A stretch of DNA of 64,000 nt from Epiperipatus broadwayi (taxonomy: Eukaryota; Animalia; Onychophora). The stretch lies in contig JAQFVV010000003.1 in NCBI GenBank assembly GCA_028023455.1, positions 8,618,001-8,682,000 of the forward strand. Direction: 5' to 3'. The notes beneath the pieces are model-generated. The model did not search any database. It was not told where the DNA came from and worked only from the letters and a program-made list of their open reading frames with translations. The position numbers and the translations under genes were made by a program. Below, piece by piece: positions 38,606 to 51,689 of the stretch (the stretch's first letter is position 1; every line of letters starts with the position of its first letter).

Positions 38606-38764
38606 AAAATATATATATATATATTACTTTATAACATACCACATATGAATTAATGAAGTGTAGTTGAGTGTAATAGTAGAATGCCAGATTTGATGATTAA
38701 AGATACTTGATTTAATTCCTGGTTGAGAAAAATAAAAAAAGAACTTGGTAAATTGTATAAAACT

Positions 38765-39565
38765 GCCATATAATTCTATAATTAAAACCACTTTTTTTCT
38801 TTTCAAAAACTTTATTTGATGTATATATATATATCTACTTATTTCCAACGTTTTGATCTATCTTTACTCTATAGTCATTTTCAAGGATCTAGAAAAAACA
38901 TATTACATTATAAACAAACTTCATATAATAAAACAAAAAAAACAAAAATCAAAAACAATATAAAACATATAAACCCCATAAAATTTAAAAATAAATAAAA
39001 TACATTAAAATCAATTAAATTAAAAACACAAAACATACACCACACTTACTTGACTCCCTTCTCAAAAAACTTTTCCTTTTTACATTTTCTTTTATCCAAA
39101 AAACCAATTGTTACAATAAAAAACTTATTTCCTTTTTCTTTCTTATATACTATTTTTGGAAATAAATTCATTTTTGAAGTATATAAGAAAGAAAAAGGAA
39201 ATAAGTTTTTTATTGAAACAATTGGTTTTTTGGATAAAAGAAAATGTAAAAAGGGAAAGTTTTTTGAGAAGGGAGTCAAGTAAGTGTGGTGTATGTTTTG
39301 TGTTTTTAATTTAATTGATTTTAATGTATTTTATTTATTTTTAAATTTTATGGGGTTTATATGTTTTATATTGTTTTTGATTATTTTTTTTTTTTTTTTG
39401 GTTTTATTGTGTGAAGTTTGTTTGTAATGTAATATGTTTTTTCTAGATCTTTGAAAATGACTATAGAGTAAAGATAGTCGAAACGTTGGAAATAAGTGGA
39501 TATATATATATCAAATAAAGTTTTTGAAAAGAAAAGAAGTGGTTTTAATTATAGAATTATATGGC
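38765..39565. mobile_element. Palindrome 2: two head-to-head ~385-bp PLE-type 3' ends with a 28-bp spacer
   Basis: Mirror ORFs 39,046-39,279(-) and 39,050-39,283(+). T-rich UTR, then HHR, then AATAAA on each arm; spacer 39,151-39,178. Confidence 0.8.
39448..39490 (+). ncRNA. Minimal type I hammerhead with U3-A8 core (decayed mirror copy at 38,844-38,887, minus strand)
   Basis: tct-TTGAAAA-t-gactat/agagtaaag/atagtc-GAAA-cg-TT-gga. Perfect 6-bp stem II, palindromic AACGTT, 3-bp stem I. Confidence 0.75.
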
Positions 39566-40001
39566 TATATGTATATTTTTGAAAAGAAAAAAGGATTGAG
39601 TCGTGATTAGAAACAGAAGTAAATGGATTTGTATAAAACTGCTGACCTCAAACTACTGCTTGAGTTCTTGAATGTCATGACTTCTAAGAAACTAATTATG
39701 TGATTATTTAACAATTAATTTGCTTCATTCCAATGAGTCATGGCTGTTTACTTGAGTCAATACTAACATAGATTACATATTTATTGGGCATCTTAATCTT
39801 ACAGTCTTACACTAATAATGATAGATTATGCTATTCTTTGTTAAATAAATGGTTCAGAATGTTGCTAATAAGTTTGTCATATTTTTAAAATGATTAAAAT
39901 TTGTTCTCATGGTTAACCATTTATTTATAAAATTGCAGAAATTTATACATTATTGTTACTAACAAATAAAATTTTAAAGAAAAACTATTTTATATATATA
40001 G

Positions 40002-40170
40002 CTCACAAATAAGCTCTTCACAAGCTTGGCAGAATATCTCCAACCCCTTCTAGCACCTCACTGAGGAAGCCAGTAGCAGAAACCAAAATGGGATTGGGGA
40101 TATTCTGCAAAGATTGTTAAGAGTTTATTTACGAGCTCTATATATAACATTTGTAATACAAGCTTGTTAA
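40002..40170 (+). pseudogene. Exon-like remnant resembling a RhoGEF Dbl-homology domain, with one frameshift
   Basis: LFTSLAEYLQPLL / LTEEASSRNQNGIGDILQRLLRVYLRALYITF resembles the LFPxLDE..IGDVL..L..TY..FC pattern of Lbc/p115-type GEFs (by eye). Confidence 0.45.
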
Positions 40171-42391
40171 ATTAGGTCATGTGACATATGACTTGATTTC
40201 TTTGTAAGTAAAAACTATTTTCTTTCATCAAATCAAAATATATTCATAAAATTTTTTTTAATGAAGTCTTTGTGTCCAGCCATGCTGTGCATGAAGTTGA
40301 TTTTCGTATTGTCATCTCTCATCTTTAAATTATAATTCTATCTATGGAAGCAATGTGTTGCCTATGTGATTCATATTCTAATAAATTAAAATGCTATCCA
40401 TTGATAATAATGTAAACTTCTCTATTAACTTTTTATCAAATTGGATAAAAATAGATTAGAGTCTACAAAAAAGGGAAATATGAATTGCATTAAAAAAATC
40501 ATGGAATATTTGCCATGCCATTTACATTTTTAGGAACATAATGTAAAGCCTAATCTTGTTTTAAAATGATACAATTGGACCAGTTTATTTTGCACACAGC
40601 TCATCTCATTTTTATTAGTGACAAATGTAGAACTTTTTTTTTCATAATGCTATATATGTACTACACAACACATGAATTGCACACTTATGTTTGAGAGTTT
40701 TCCATTAAGTCTTAGTTAAGTTTCATCCAAAATATACTTCTTTACAGAGCTCTGTCACCAGTAATATCTCACATTTCTTTCTTAGCTTATTCTTAAAACC
40801 CAGTATCAATTGTTTTTAAACATATCTTTTAAATAAGTAGAAAAATGTGTTACTTTGTTAATATCACTCATTTTGACCAAAGTTTGAAAGAGACCTATAG
40901 TTAGCATAAAACTGAACTCATTTATATATTTGCAGCCTTTGAATCATGTCTATCTAACTATGCAAGAAAGTTAGTTTGGATCCAAAAACCTTTGTTTTTT
41001 TTTTAATTTCAGAGTATTAGATTAATAATATAAAGAAATTTAAGTTGGCTGTTAGATGTATAAGTGCAATACTTCCAGATTTGAATCATAAATTCTCTCT
41101 GACAAAAACAAAGCCTGAAGTGGTTGTGAAGCTATAAAAATTATACTAGTATAATCCTGCAACCATTAATTATTTAAATTTGCGACAGATGGCTCTGCAA
41201 TAAAAATCCAAAGCTCTGAAAATAGTAGGCATCTGCTAAATGAATGTAAATGCTTATAAGCAGAAAGGGTACAAATAATAGGGTTGCGTGAGAATAAATA
41301 TAAACAAAGTGATTATATAGATATGTTCTTAGTTTTTATGCTGGGTTTGGAAAACGATAAGGGAGATTTATATATAAAGGCCATATTGTGGACAAAGATA
41401 ATGTGGAAATGGGATGAAGCAGGATAGAGAAGAATATAGGAAAAACTTAGGGTGGGGAACAAAAAGGGAAGGTAAAATGGCTAACAGGTTTCTTTGGGTA
41501 TAATGGCTGAGAGATTCCTGACTTCGATAAAGGAGAAGCCATAGTGCATCGTATCACATTTGAATGTCTTTTTCAGATTATTATAAATAGTTTTTGATTT
41601 TCATCTTCAACCTATTCTTTTTAGTTTATTGTGTCAGTTTTTAGATTTTTCTTACCTTCACTAAAATATATTTTTTATTTATTTAAATTTTAAAATGTCA
41701 TGTTTCTGTATTTACTCTATTTTTTATTATTAATAATATTGATTTTTTTTGCCTGATTATAAATTAAATAATTAAAATTTGTCCACAATTTACATCATTT
41801 TTAAAAAAAATTAAGAATTCACTTCGAAGTAATTAGCAATTAATATTTCTAAAGTTTGCTTCATTTATCATTTCCTATCAACTTGGTATTTGGATAACTC
41901 TTAACTTCTGCTCTTAATAATTGTGGGTTATTAATTCTACTTATTTTTCATCTAATATTTAGAAATTCAAAATTGTTTAAGAAAGCTGTTTAAATTTTTA
42001 CACATTAACAGAATTGTAAAACAAAATTAATCTTTTAAATCTAAAAATTAAAAAAAATGATTTAGAAATCAAAAATTAAATACAAATCTGTATATTTATT
42101 AAACACAAACCGGTATTTTTATGTATACGAAAATATTGCATCTTAATGATTGAAATGACATAGATCTATTTTGTGCATTGACAAGTATATATACGATATA
42201 CATGTTGACATAAATATTTTCATGGATAAAATATGTCAATTGTTATTAGTCAACAAGCAATCTTCGTGTAACCACATAATAGTTAGATGAGTCCACTTAC
42301 TGATCTTCTTTCTCTACATTAATGATCTGCCTATCCTTACATATGAAAAAATATTTGAATACATCCCACATATTAACTTACACATATATAA

Positions 42392-42637
42392 CTAAACAAG
42401 CTTGTTTTTATGATAAATGCTACAAGAGAAAGCATTCAAATCATCTTTATCTAGAGTTATCCCTATCCCCAGACTGTTTTTGAGCTATGGCTCTTTTCAA
42501 TGAGAAGCTAGGACACCAGACTAAAAAACAACAACTCCAGCATAGCTTGAAACTGGTCTGGAGATGGGGACAATCCTAGATAAAGATGATTTGAATGCTT
42601 TCTCTCATAGCATTTATCATAAAAAAAGCTTGTTTAG
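42392..42637. repeat. Foldback with ~95-bp arms whose inner ends carry an HHR 3' half
   Basis: Arms 42,392-42,489 and 42,541-42,637. aagcta(42,505)...tagctt-GAAA-ctgg-TC-tggag; the 5' core is degenerate. Confidence 0.6.
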
Positions 42638-42725
42638 AGCTATTAGCACACTCTTAATTTTACATATTTGTAAATGCAGGATACATAAGTCATGTGATAT
42701 ATACCAAAATGACTTGTTTTTATTA

Positions 42726-42830
<105 letters not shown>

Positions 42831-45800
42831 CCATCCATATCATTCTAAACATCAGTGTATCACCCACTTCATCATTGTGACTAAAATGTTCATTTACATA
42901 TTCTATCTCTGCTCTTAATATAAAAAAAGCTCCCTTGTTAAGTGCTCTTATTAAAGTTAAATCTCACATAAAAATTAAGCTTTTTTCACTATGATAAAAT
43001 ATTAAACTTCATATGGTAAAACCAATTTGTAATCACTTTAAAACCAATGTGAATAAATAATCTAAAGTCAGATATGAAATAAATTAACCAATACATCATT
43101 CTAAACAAATGTAAATATTGAAGAAATGAATATTCCACAGGCAATACAATATCAGTAAATCGCTCTCTATATCAAACTGATTGCCTATAAAATTTATCAT
43201 TTTAATGCCAGTTTAATGAAAGATTATTAAAGTTGATTTTCAAATTAAGCTCAAATATATAAAAAATCCTTTTTTCACATCTAAAATTAATTTAAGGTTC
43301 AGCCTTAACTTATCAAAATGACTTTTTCTCTAAGTGTGAAATAGCATGTATAAGTATGCAACCATTTTGATAAAGAAGCTGGTGCATTTGTGTTTGTGTT
43401 AAACAATATGTAGAGTTGTTTGCTTTAATATTTATTTACATTTGGAAACACTGTATTTCTTATTACACACACACACACCCATATCTAGATATTGTGCCAT
43501 TAAGGTGAATATCATCCCTTTGTAGTCAAAATATACATTATATTTTTTTTTTATTTATTTAAGATTCCTGATTACTAAAATAACTGATCAATATCTTTAC
43601 AACCTCCATGTAATTCATTATCCACATTGTTTAATCTACACCTTGCTATACAGTAAGAGCACATTTTTATAGCTATAAAATTAAGAACAAGAAATAGTAA
43701 CAATCTAATGTAATTTGCATATTCTAAGAAAAAATGTAATATTTATTTAATAAGGTCATTTTAAGAGATCATTTAATCCTCCAGCAGAAATGATCCTTTC
43801 ATAACAGAAACCAAAACAACATTTTAAACTTTAAATTAAAAATAGTAATTTAAAGTTATCACCCAAGAAATTCACTATACATATACATGCATTTAATGAA
43901 GATAAAGAGATAGTGTACATCTACATGTATAAATGTAACTGTGTGTGTATGCCTACCTGTAAATAATATTTTAAAATATTTTTCAATGTAAGAGCAATCA
44001 TTTATTAATTCCCCCTTCTACAACAATAAATCCCATGAGAAAATTAAAACAAAGGACTGGAAGCTTAGAGATCTCATTTGGAAATGAAATGGCTTGAAAA
44101 AACAACTAGAATTTGTTGAAAAGGTTTTCTTTATTCTTTTATATAAATTTACTATTTTATATATATACAAAAAAACATTACTACCTCCAAAGAAAATTTC
44201 ACTAAAGCAAAATTGTTATATAACAGTGAATGCTAAAAGATGTATTCATTAAAAATGTACAAATGTAAGAAAAGCTTAGAGATGAAGTGCTGAAAGAATA
44301 ACTCGTATCTACTTCCAATGGTGAAGTCTAAATGTAAATCAAGACCTAATAGCCGGAATACTTTAATCTAATGTCCAAAAGGAATTATAATGAAATATCC
44401 AAATAAACAAAGTCAAATTCAAGCAGCATTATATATATATAATTGAAATAATATATTTTAATGGTTTATAAACAATTACAAACAATCTTAAAATCCACAG
44501 AAGTACTTTCGGTTACTTTCTAACCTGCCTCAACTGCCATTAAATTCAAAAACCAAAAGCGGAAGCAAACATCATCAATTCAAATTCCACGAATCTCGTA
44601 TTGTTTTTAATTAACGGATATTTTATTTATTTTATATATATATATATTGTACCCTTGTTTACGGAATTTTTTTTAAAAAAAGACTCTACAGCTAAACTTT
44701 CCAAGCTTCAAATTTATGATGGAATTATCAGAATAATATTCATTACAACAATATTCTGACTAACTCAGACTTCATTTCTAACATATTATATATAAATAAA
44801 TTATCATTTAAAATAATGTATCTTATTTCAATAATAAACTAAGAAAATCAAAACACATAAACTAAATATTAAGGTTCAAATCAGACTCCCAGCTCACACA
44901 TAATACTACCAATATAAACTATGATAGCTCTTTATTTACTACTAAAAATATGGTTAGGTTAAAAGTACTAATTAAAATTATGAAACTTTTACATGAGACA
45001 TTCAGAAAGGTAACGTGTTGGTTTAGCATTGAGGATGCATCCCGAAAGATATACTCTCAGTGGCATAAAAATATCACCCCTACTTATACAACTACCTTGT
45101 AATACTGTCATGTCTCACTACACACCTAAAACAAATCCTAATTAACTAATCTATAAAAATCAATTACTATTCCCCTTTCATAAAATAATATTTAAATTTA
45201 ACATTAACTAAAATTCTTATTCCTTGTCTCTTTACCTAACTCTTATAATTATTCAACATCTCAAATTCATCTTTTAATAATAATAACAAATAAATTAAAA
45301 CAATGCAGCCAAATATAATGAGGGATTTTACATATATTTAACTACTCTCACAAAACAACATCGAAGACTTCAAATATTTTCATGATTCTTAAAATCATAC
45401 ATCTATTTGACTACTACTCTTCAATAATCATAAATAAGTTTATAAATTCTTATAAGAAATTATCATATATAATATTCTTAATAAATTTTAAAACATTTCC
45501 TATCATCTTATGCTATAAAATCTTTTATTTCTTATGTGGCATTTACAAAAAATATCACATTTCTAATATAATTGCAATATTAAATATTTTAAAATTGGCA
45601 TTGTATAATCTTCATAATCATCAATAGTAATATCTTCTATAATAATGATAATTATAATAATATATTTTTGTTAATCATGTGCAATAATACAATGATGCAA
45701 ATAATTTTATAAATCATGTGTGTGGATACGAAGATTCAAAAACACTTGGACACATCAACAAATAAAACTCTGGAGACAATATGAATTCCAAAACATTAAC

Positions 45801-48800
45801 AATTTTATTATTATTTAACAATATACTATACTTACAACAATATAAATTTATAAATTTTAAACTATTAACAAAGAAAATTAATTAGATTAAAACATTTACA
45901 TAAGAAAAGCACAATAAAATAAATAAATATTAAATAGCCTTCACTCTGACTATTTTAATGAGTGTAATAGAATATATGATACATTATAATAATAATACTA
46001 TAACTTTCTATCATTGCAACAATGATATTCTATTGTCATTATCATAATAAATCAACAATAAATAAACACAATTTATTTAACTAATAAAACGCTTCACCTT
46101 TTTTGAAAGGAATTACTATTATAGTAATACCTATTAAATATAAAATTAAAATTAGCACTTATTCACAATTTAGCATATAGCTATATATTGAAAAAGATTA
46201 GGCACATCATTTATATACCAGTAAAGTATTTCTCTTTACTTTTCAGGTATATTTTAACATTTCAAATGTAAACTTAAATAAACAAAAAAAAAGTTACTGA
46301 ACAACTTTATTTATAACTTTGTAAACTATTTACTTTTAAAATATTTTGATAAAAACAATCCTATAACTTTATCTTCTATAAGTTTACTCTTCTTATAGAA
46401 AGTTCAAATTATATTAAAAAATTACATTATATTTATTCACTTTATAATCTATTACCATAATAGCATTCAGATATTATGTTTCATCATTCTTTCTTACAAT
46501 TAAACAAAATATACATTAAATATTTGAGTTTAATGATATCTATCATTTATATATCTCTAGAAATATCAAATCATTCCTTTTCCACTTTCTGTATCAACAG
46601 TGAATAATTAAACATCATTTGTGATAGAATTTTTGTCTCCTCTTGTATTCGCAAATATTGACAACTTTCATCAGTTTATTTATTATTCTAACCAACTTTT
46701 AAACTATCAATTATAGTGTAATACCCACTGCTAATTAATAGTAATTATAGTGAGGGATATGAACATAATAATAATTCAAAAACAAATATGAAATATCATG
46801 GTTATAGTACTTAAGACAACATATTTATCATGTACCTTAAATTCTGATCATGGCTTCTACCTGAGCTCTTACTGAAATACAAAAAACATGTAATTGTCCA
46901 TATACTAACCATACAGACCTTTGTTACCTGTATTTAAATTCTTAATTCACAACAATATAACTTTATAAAATATTTCTCTTTAACTGCTTCTGCACAGCAA
47001 GTGGGTGACCCATGTGTCTTATTTGATTGGTCAAAATGTTTTCTTTTTTTAATGATGTAAAAACTATAAGCATGATGTCAACAAAAATATGAGCATTTTA
47101 TATATCTTTTACGTAGCTTTCTAAAGCTGCCTTTAAAAAAAAATCTGATGAAAATTGGATTTTTTTATTAATTTTTTTTGTAACCGGTGCATTTAAATTT
47201 TTTAAAATCAATTTTGTAATTTCCACGAAGCAATAAAGACAGAAAATTTTTATTGACCTAAAATACACTTTTATTGGATTAAAAGTACCCTGATTCACAA
47301 ACAAGGTCTTCCATGGAGTCTAAACAGAATCGCAGAATAACGGGCTCGTAAGTATACAATTTTAATTTTTTAATTTTTTGAATATTTTAATTTTTTTTTA
47401 ATTATTTGAAAAAATCATTTAATTTTTATTAATTTGCATTTATAGTGGTGTGTATCTACATAAATTGTATATTTATTTATGCTCATATGAATTCATATGT
47501 ACAGTAATTTTGTGTTCCAATATAATCCACTTATTTTATAAAAATAAACTTATTTTATAAAAATAATGATTCTCAAAAGGTTTAATAATTTATTATGTTT
47601 ATATGGCATGTTTGTGTTTGCTCTTGCATGTTGTATAACAAATTACTAAACTAATAATCAAATGTACAGAAAGATTTTATATGCAAACAAAGAATTAAAG
47701 TATGATTCTTGCCCATGCCTTGATACTCATCTTTCATCACATTATTTTCAAGCCTATAGCTAACAAATGGACTATATGCAAATAAATTATATCTACATGA
47801 TACAATAAATATAACAAGATAGCATCACTGGTGTGCATAAAGAATATAAACACCACTGATGTACACAAAAAAATATAAAATGAAGAGATGAAACTAATTT
47901 TATCAGTGATACACACAGTAGCCTAAAATTTTTAGTTTTAAATAGACAAGAAGCCAATTGCTATGATGACAAATGCATATCTATCTTCTGGAAATTATCT
48001 GTTTTGTATCTTTTTTTATTAGGATGAATCTTTTTCTTATAGACACCTTTGAGTTTTGGTAACTTTTGGTGTACAAGATAAAAATAAAGAATTCTTATGT
48101 GAATACTTTTGGAGATTCTGAAGCTACAGATTATCTCAGGTAAGACATATTATATATGGTTTGAAAGACAATTTTATAAGGAATACAAAGAAATTATCAC
48201 TGAAGATGTAATTTAAACTTAGTTAATGATGAATAAGAAATTATAAACAAACAATAAAGTAATAATTATGTCAGATGTTGAAATTTCTTTTTTCCCCTTA
48301 TTTTTTAAATGGTTATCACTATTTGTCTTAGATCTTATTGTTTTCCTTAGTTTTTCTAGTTTTTATTAATGTAAATTTTTTGTTCTAACATAATTAAAAC
48401 TGAAGTTATTGTGAAAATTGTGTCTCAGGTCAGTTTTTTAAAAAATTCAACATGGTCCCTGAATCTGAAACAGTTAATATCCCTAGAATCCAGGATTTTA
48501 TTTTTCAATTACCTTCCCAGACCACCATCTTTAATCTTCCACATTCTGAATACTTCTTTTGATATTGCAAGGAAATACCATGTTATATAAAATAATCTCT
48601 AAATTATTTTTTTAAAATAAATATCTAATATTAAATTCAAATGATTGAAAACATTGTATAGATATATGATTTCAATAAAATATCCATCATTAACATACAT
48701 TATAGTACTACATAATTTAGAAATCAATATTTTCATTTTTATTATATCTAAACAGATATGGTCTGTAATGATATATTAGAAACTCATAATCATATTGAAA

Positions 48801-51219
48801 AAATATGCATGCTTAAGCATTCATAAAAATTACTTAAATACCTTTAGATAACCTACAAGGCAATTATACTTTTACTTTATACTCATAAAATGATTAATAT
48901 ATTCATATTCATATAAATATGATTTCTCTGGCTTAATACTCAAGCAATATGACAAATGAAACAAAATATAAATTAAAATATTAAAATATTACTAAAATGC
49001 ATAATAATTTATCTTTAACTCCAACAATTATTGGAATTAAATACAGCATTCCCCTTCTCTACTTGATCATCCGAACATAAAATAAGCTATAGGTATTTTA
49101 TTTTTACTATTCAGAAAATTACATTTTCTGATATCTAATAATTTTCTTTATTTTTTAAAAACAAATTATTTCAATATTAATACTAAGCATGTTTCTAATA
49201 ATAAAGATATTAATTAAATATTAATAATAGTAAAAATATTACTAAAAAATTAGAAAAGTAATAAAATTCAAAGCTACTAAAATTCTTGTTTGCTTTCATT
49301 CTTCCAATGCTGAACTTCCTCTGTTACCATGGATGACAAAAAAAATTTGAATAAAACATCTCTTTCCCCCATAGCACTGACAAAACTCCATAATGCATAA
49401 AATTAAATCCTTTAAAATCTTTATGAAATACTATCCATCCATGCTGGATAAATAGTCTATCTAAGTCCATTTCTTAGCATTTTTCACAAGAACAAATATT
49501 GAAAAACATTTATTAATATAGTTTTTTATATTAGATAATAATTTTTTATGTATGTATATTTTTTATCAGGTTAATCCAGACTATAGCAAAATGTAGCAAT
49601 ATTAAAATTTCTTCATCAGAAAGCATTTATAAAATATTTTAAAAAATAAGATTATTTATTAGTTAATTTTTTTCAGCAGACAACTTTCATTCTTATTTTC
49701 TCCAATGTACACACTAATATTTTAAATGGTAATAATTTATCATAGGATGTTTCTTAAAAATTCAAGATTTTTTATCTTTTTAAACAAGCACATATTAATT
49801 AAATAATTTCTTGCACTTTTGTATAGTCTCTTCATTCAGGTAATATTTCATATAAGAAATAATGATAATTTTAAAATAATATCAGAATTCATCTCTTTTT
49901 TTTAAATAAGGAAAATATTTTAAGATGTATAGTTCAAAAGATATTTTCTCTTAATCTTGGATATGCACAATATTAAAAATATATAATGTTCATTCAGGCC
50001 GTTTTCTCTTAAACAAACTAATAATAAAACATATTGACATACACATTGCAAATAATATAAAATATATTCGCATTTATACAATTTCTTCATACATGTTTAA
50101 TTTAGTTGCATAATATCACTTATTCTTCTTTTTCTTCCATTTAAAGCACATATAACTCATTAAATTGCTTTCAACAATTATCCTCAGTATACTTAAAAGA
50201 TATAAATTCATTGACCATTTATATTTATAAGAGTTTATCAAAATTGTTAAACATAAAAGTTCTTTCACTTCACACACACTAAAAATACTAAATATAAAGT
50301 TCTTACGAATCCTTATGATTTTCTCAGTTATATGGTTAAAATTCTCATGGTTCCTGCTAAACATTAGGCTGATGATTCAATGACAACTATTGGTCTTCAT
50401 AAAATTATCCTGGTCTTGTTAAGCTTCAATCTGAAAATATTACTGACAGTGAATGAATTCATTTACTCAAACATTGAATACATTAAAACAATTATTTTAA
50501 ATTATACTTTTAACCTTAGATAAAAAATTGAAACTTTTAAAGACATGACCAGAGGCAAAATGGAACTGAACTGTCTAGATGAATGATAATTAACCTATGA
50601 CATGCATGTCAGTGGTGACACTCCAAGACATTTTTGCTCATAGGCATGTTATGGTTCCAAGTTCTTTGTTTTGATATTCAAAATGAAAATGAATGTTTTA
50701 GAGTGTTTTTTTCATATTTCTTTTACATATTATAAACTATTTTGATAAAATATGCAGCCATGTGCAGCTTACTACTATGATTTGTTCTGGAAATCAATAT
50801 GGTAACTTGTTCTGAGGAACATCATCCATATCTCAGTTGCACTCTTAACATTATGAGTGTAAGTTGTTGCTATTACATTTTGATGTGTAGGTCTATTTGT
50901 TGTACTTTGCCAGTACAGTAGACATAAAACTGATAAATATTTGTTTAAAATTTGAAATTATATTCTATCCCACGCCTTTAAAATGTTAAATAGCATTTAT
51001 TATGCATCTAATAACACTAAAACTCCACCCATCACTCTTCAGAAGCTTCACATTTCCTCCAGCCATTATATTATTTGGATTGTTAGGTCATATAATGTAT
51101 TAAATACATTCATTCTTAAGGACAAAATATCTTGGTATAAGTGAATAGAACAAATAAAGAACTTCTAGTTAGAACATTTAAATAATGTAGTCAATTAATT
51201 AGACAGATAAAGATAAAAG

Positions 51220-51270
51220 TTGCTTGCAGACAGTTGTTGCGAGTTTGCCGATGCTTTGACATATGGAAAA
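51220..51270 (+). mobile_element. tRNA-derived SINE, copy 3 (5'-truncated)
   Basis: TTGCAGACAGTTGTTGC..GCCGATGCTTTGACATATGGAAAA. Confidence 0.7.
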
Positions 51271-51369
51271 AAAAGAAGTAATATATTTATTTCTAAGGGA
51301 AATATTATAATTAGGTATCTTATAATTCTTAAATATAAAATATCTAATAAAAGTAGTGACCTGCTACTT

Positions 51370-51400
<31 letters not shown>

Positions 51401-51452
51401 CACTACCACTACCACCACTACTACTGCTACTACCACTACTACTACTACTACT
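51271..51452 (+). repeat. ~100-bp repeat with a (CTA)n tail, copy 2
   Basis: Matches 17,126-17,270. Confidence 0.7.
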
Positions 51453-51689
51453 AGTTTTAAAAAGTTTTTTATTATTATGTCTATATTGTTATTACAAATT
51501 AAAAATGTTACATAATTTCTATATTCTGATTACATGTTAAAAAAAATTTTACATAATAATTTTATATATATATATATATAAATAAATAGTAAACAAATAT
51601 TACATGAATCATAAAGAGAAGAAAATAAAATTGGGGCATGTAAATTAATGAGTAAACTATTCATTGATGGTTGTAAGTTTTTTTTTAGT

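Noticed and set aside
48043-48139. Selenocysteine or alternative genetic code to explain in-frame stops
   Set aside because: Stops include TAA, TAG and TGA together with frameshifts; the intact PLE ORF uses the standard code and no SECIS was seen.
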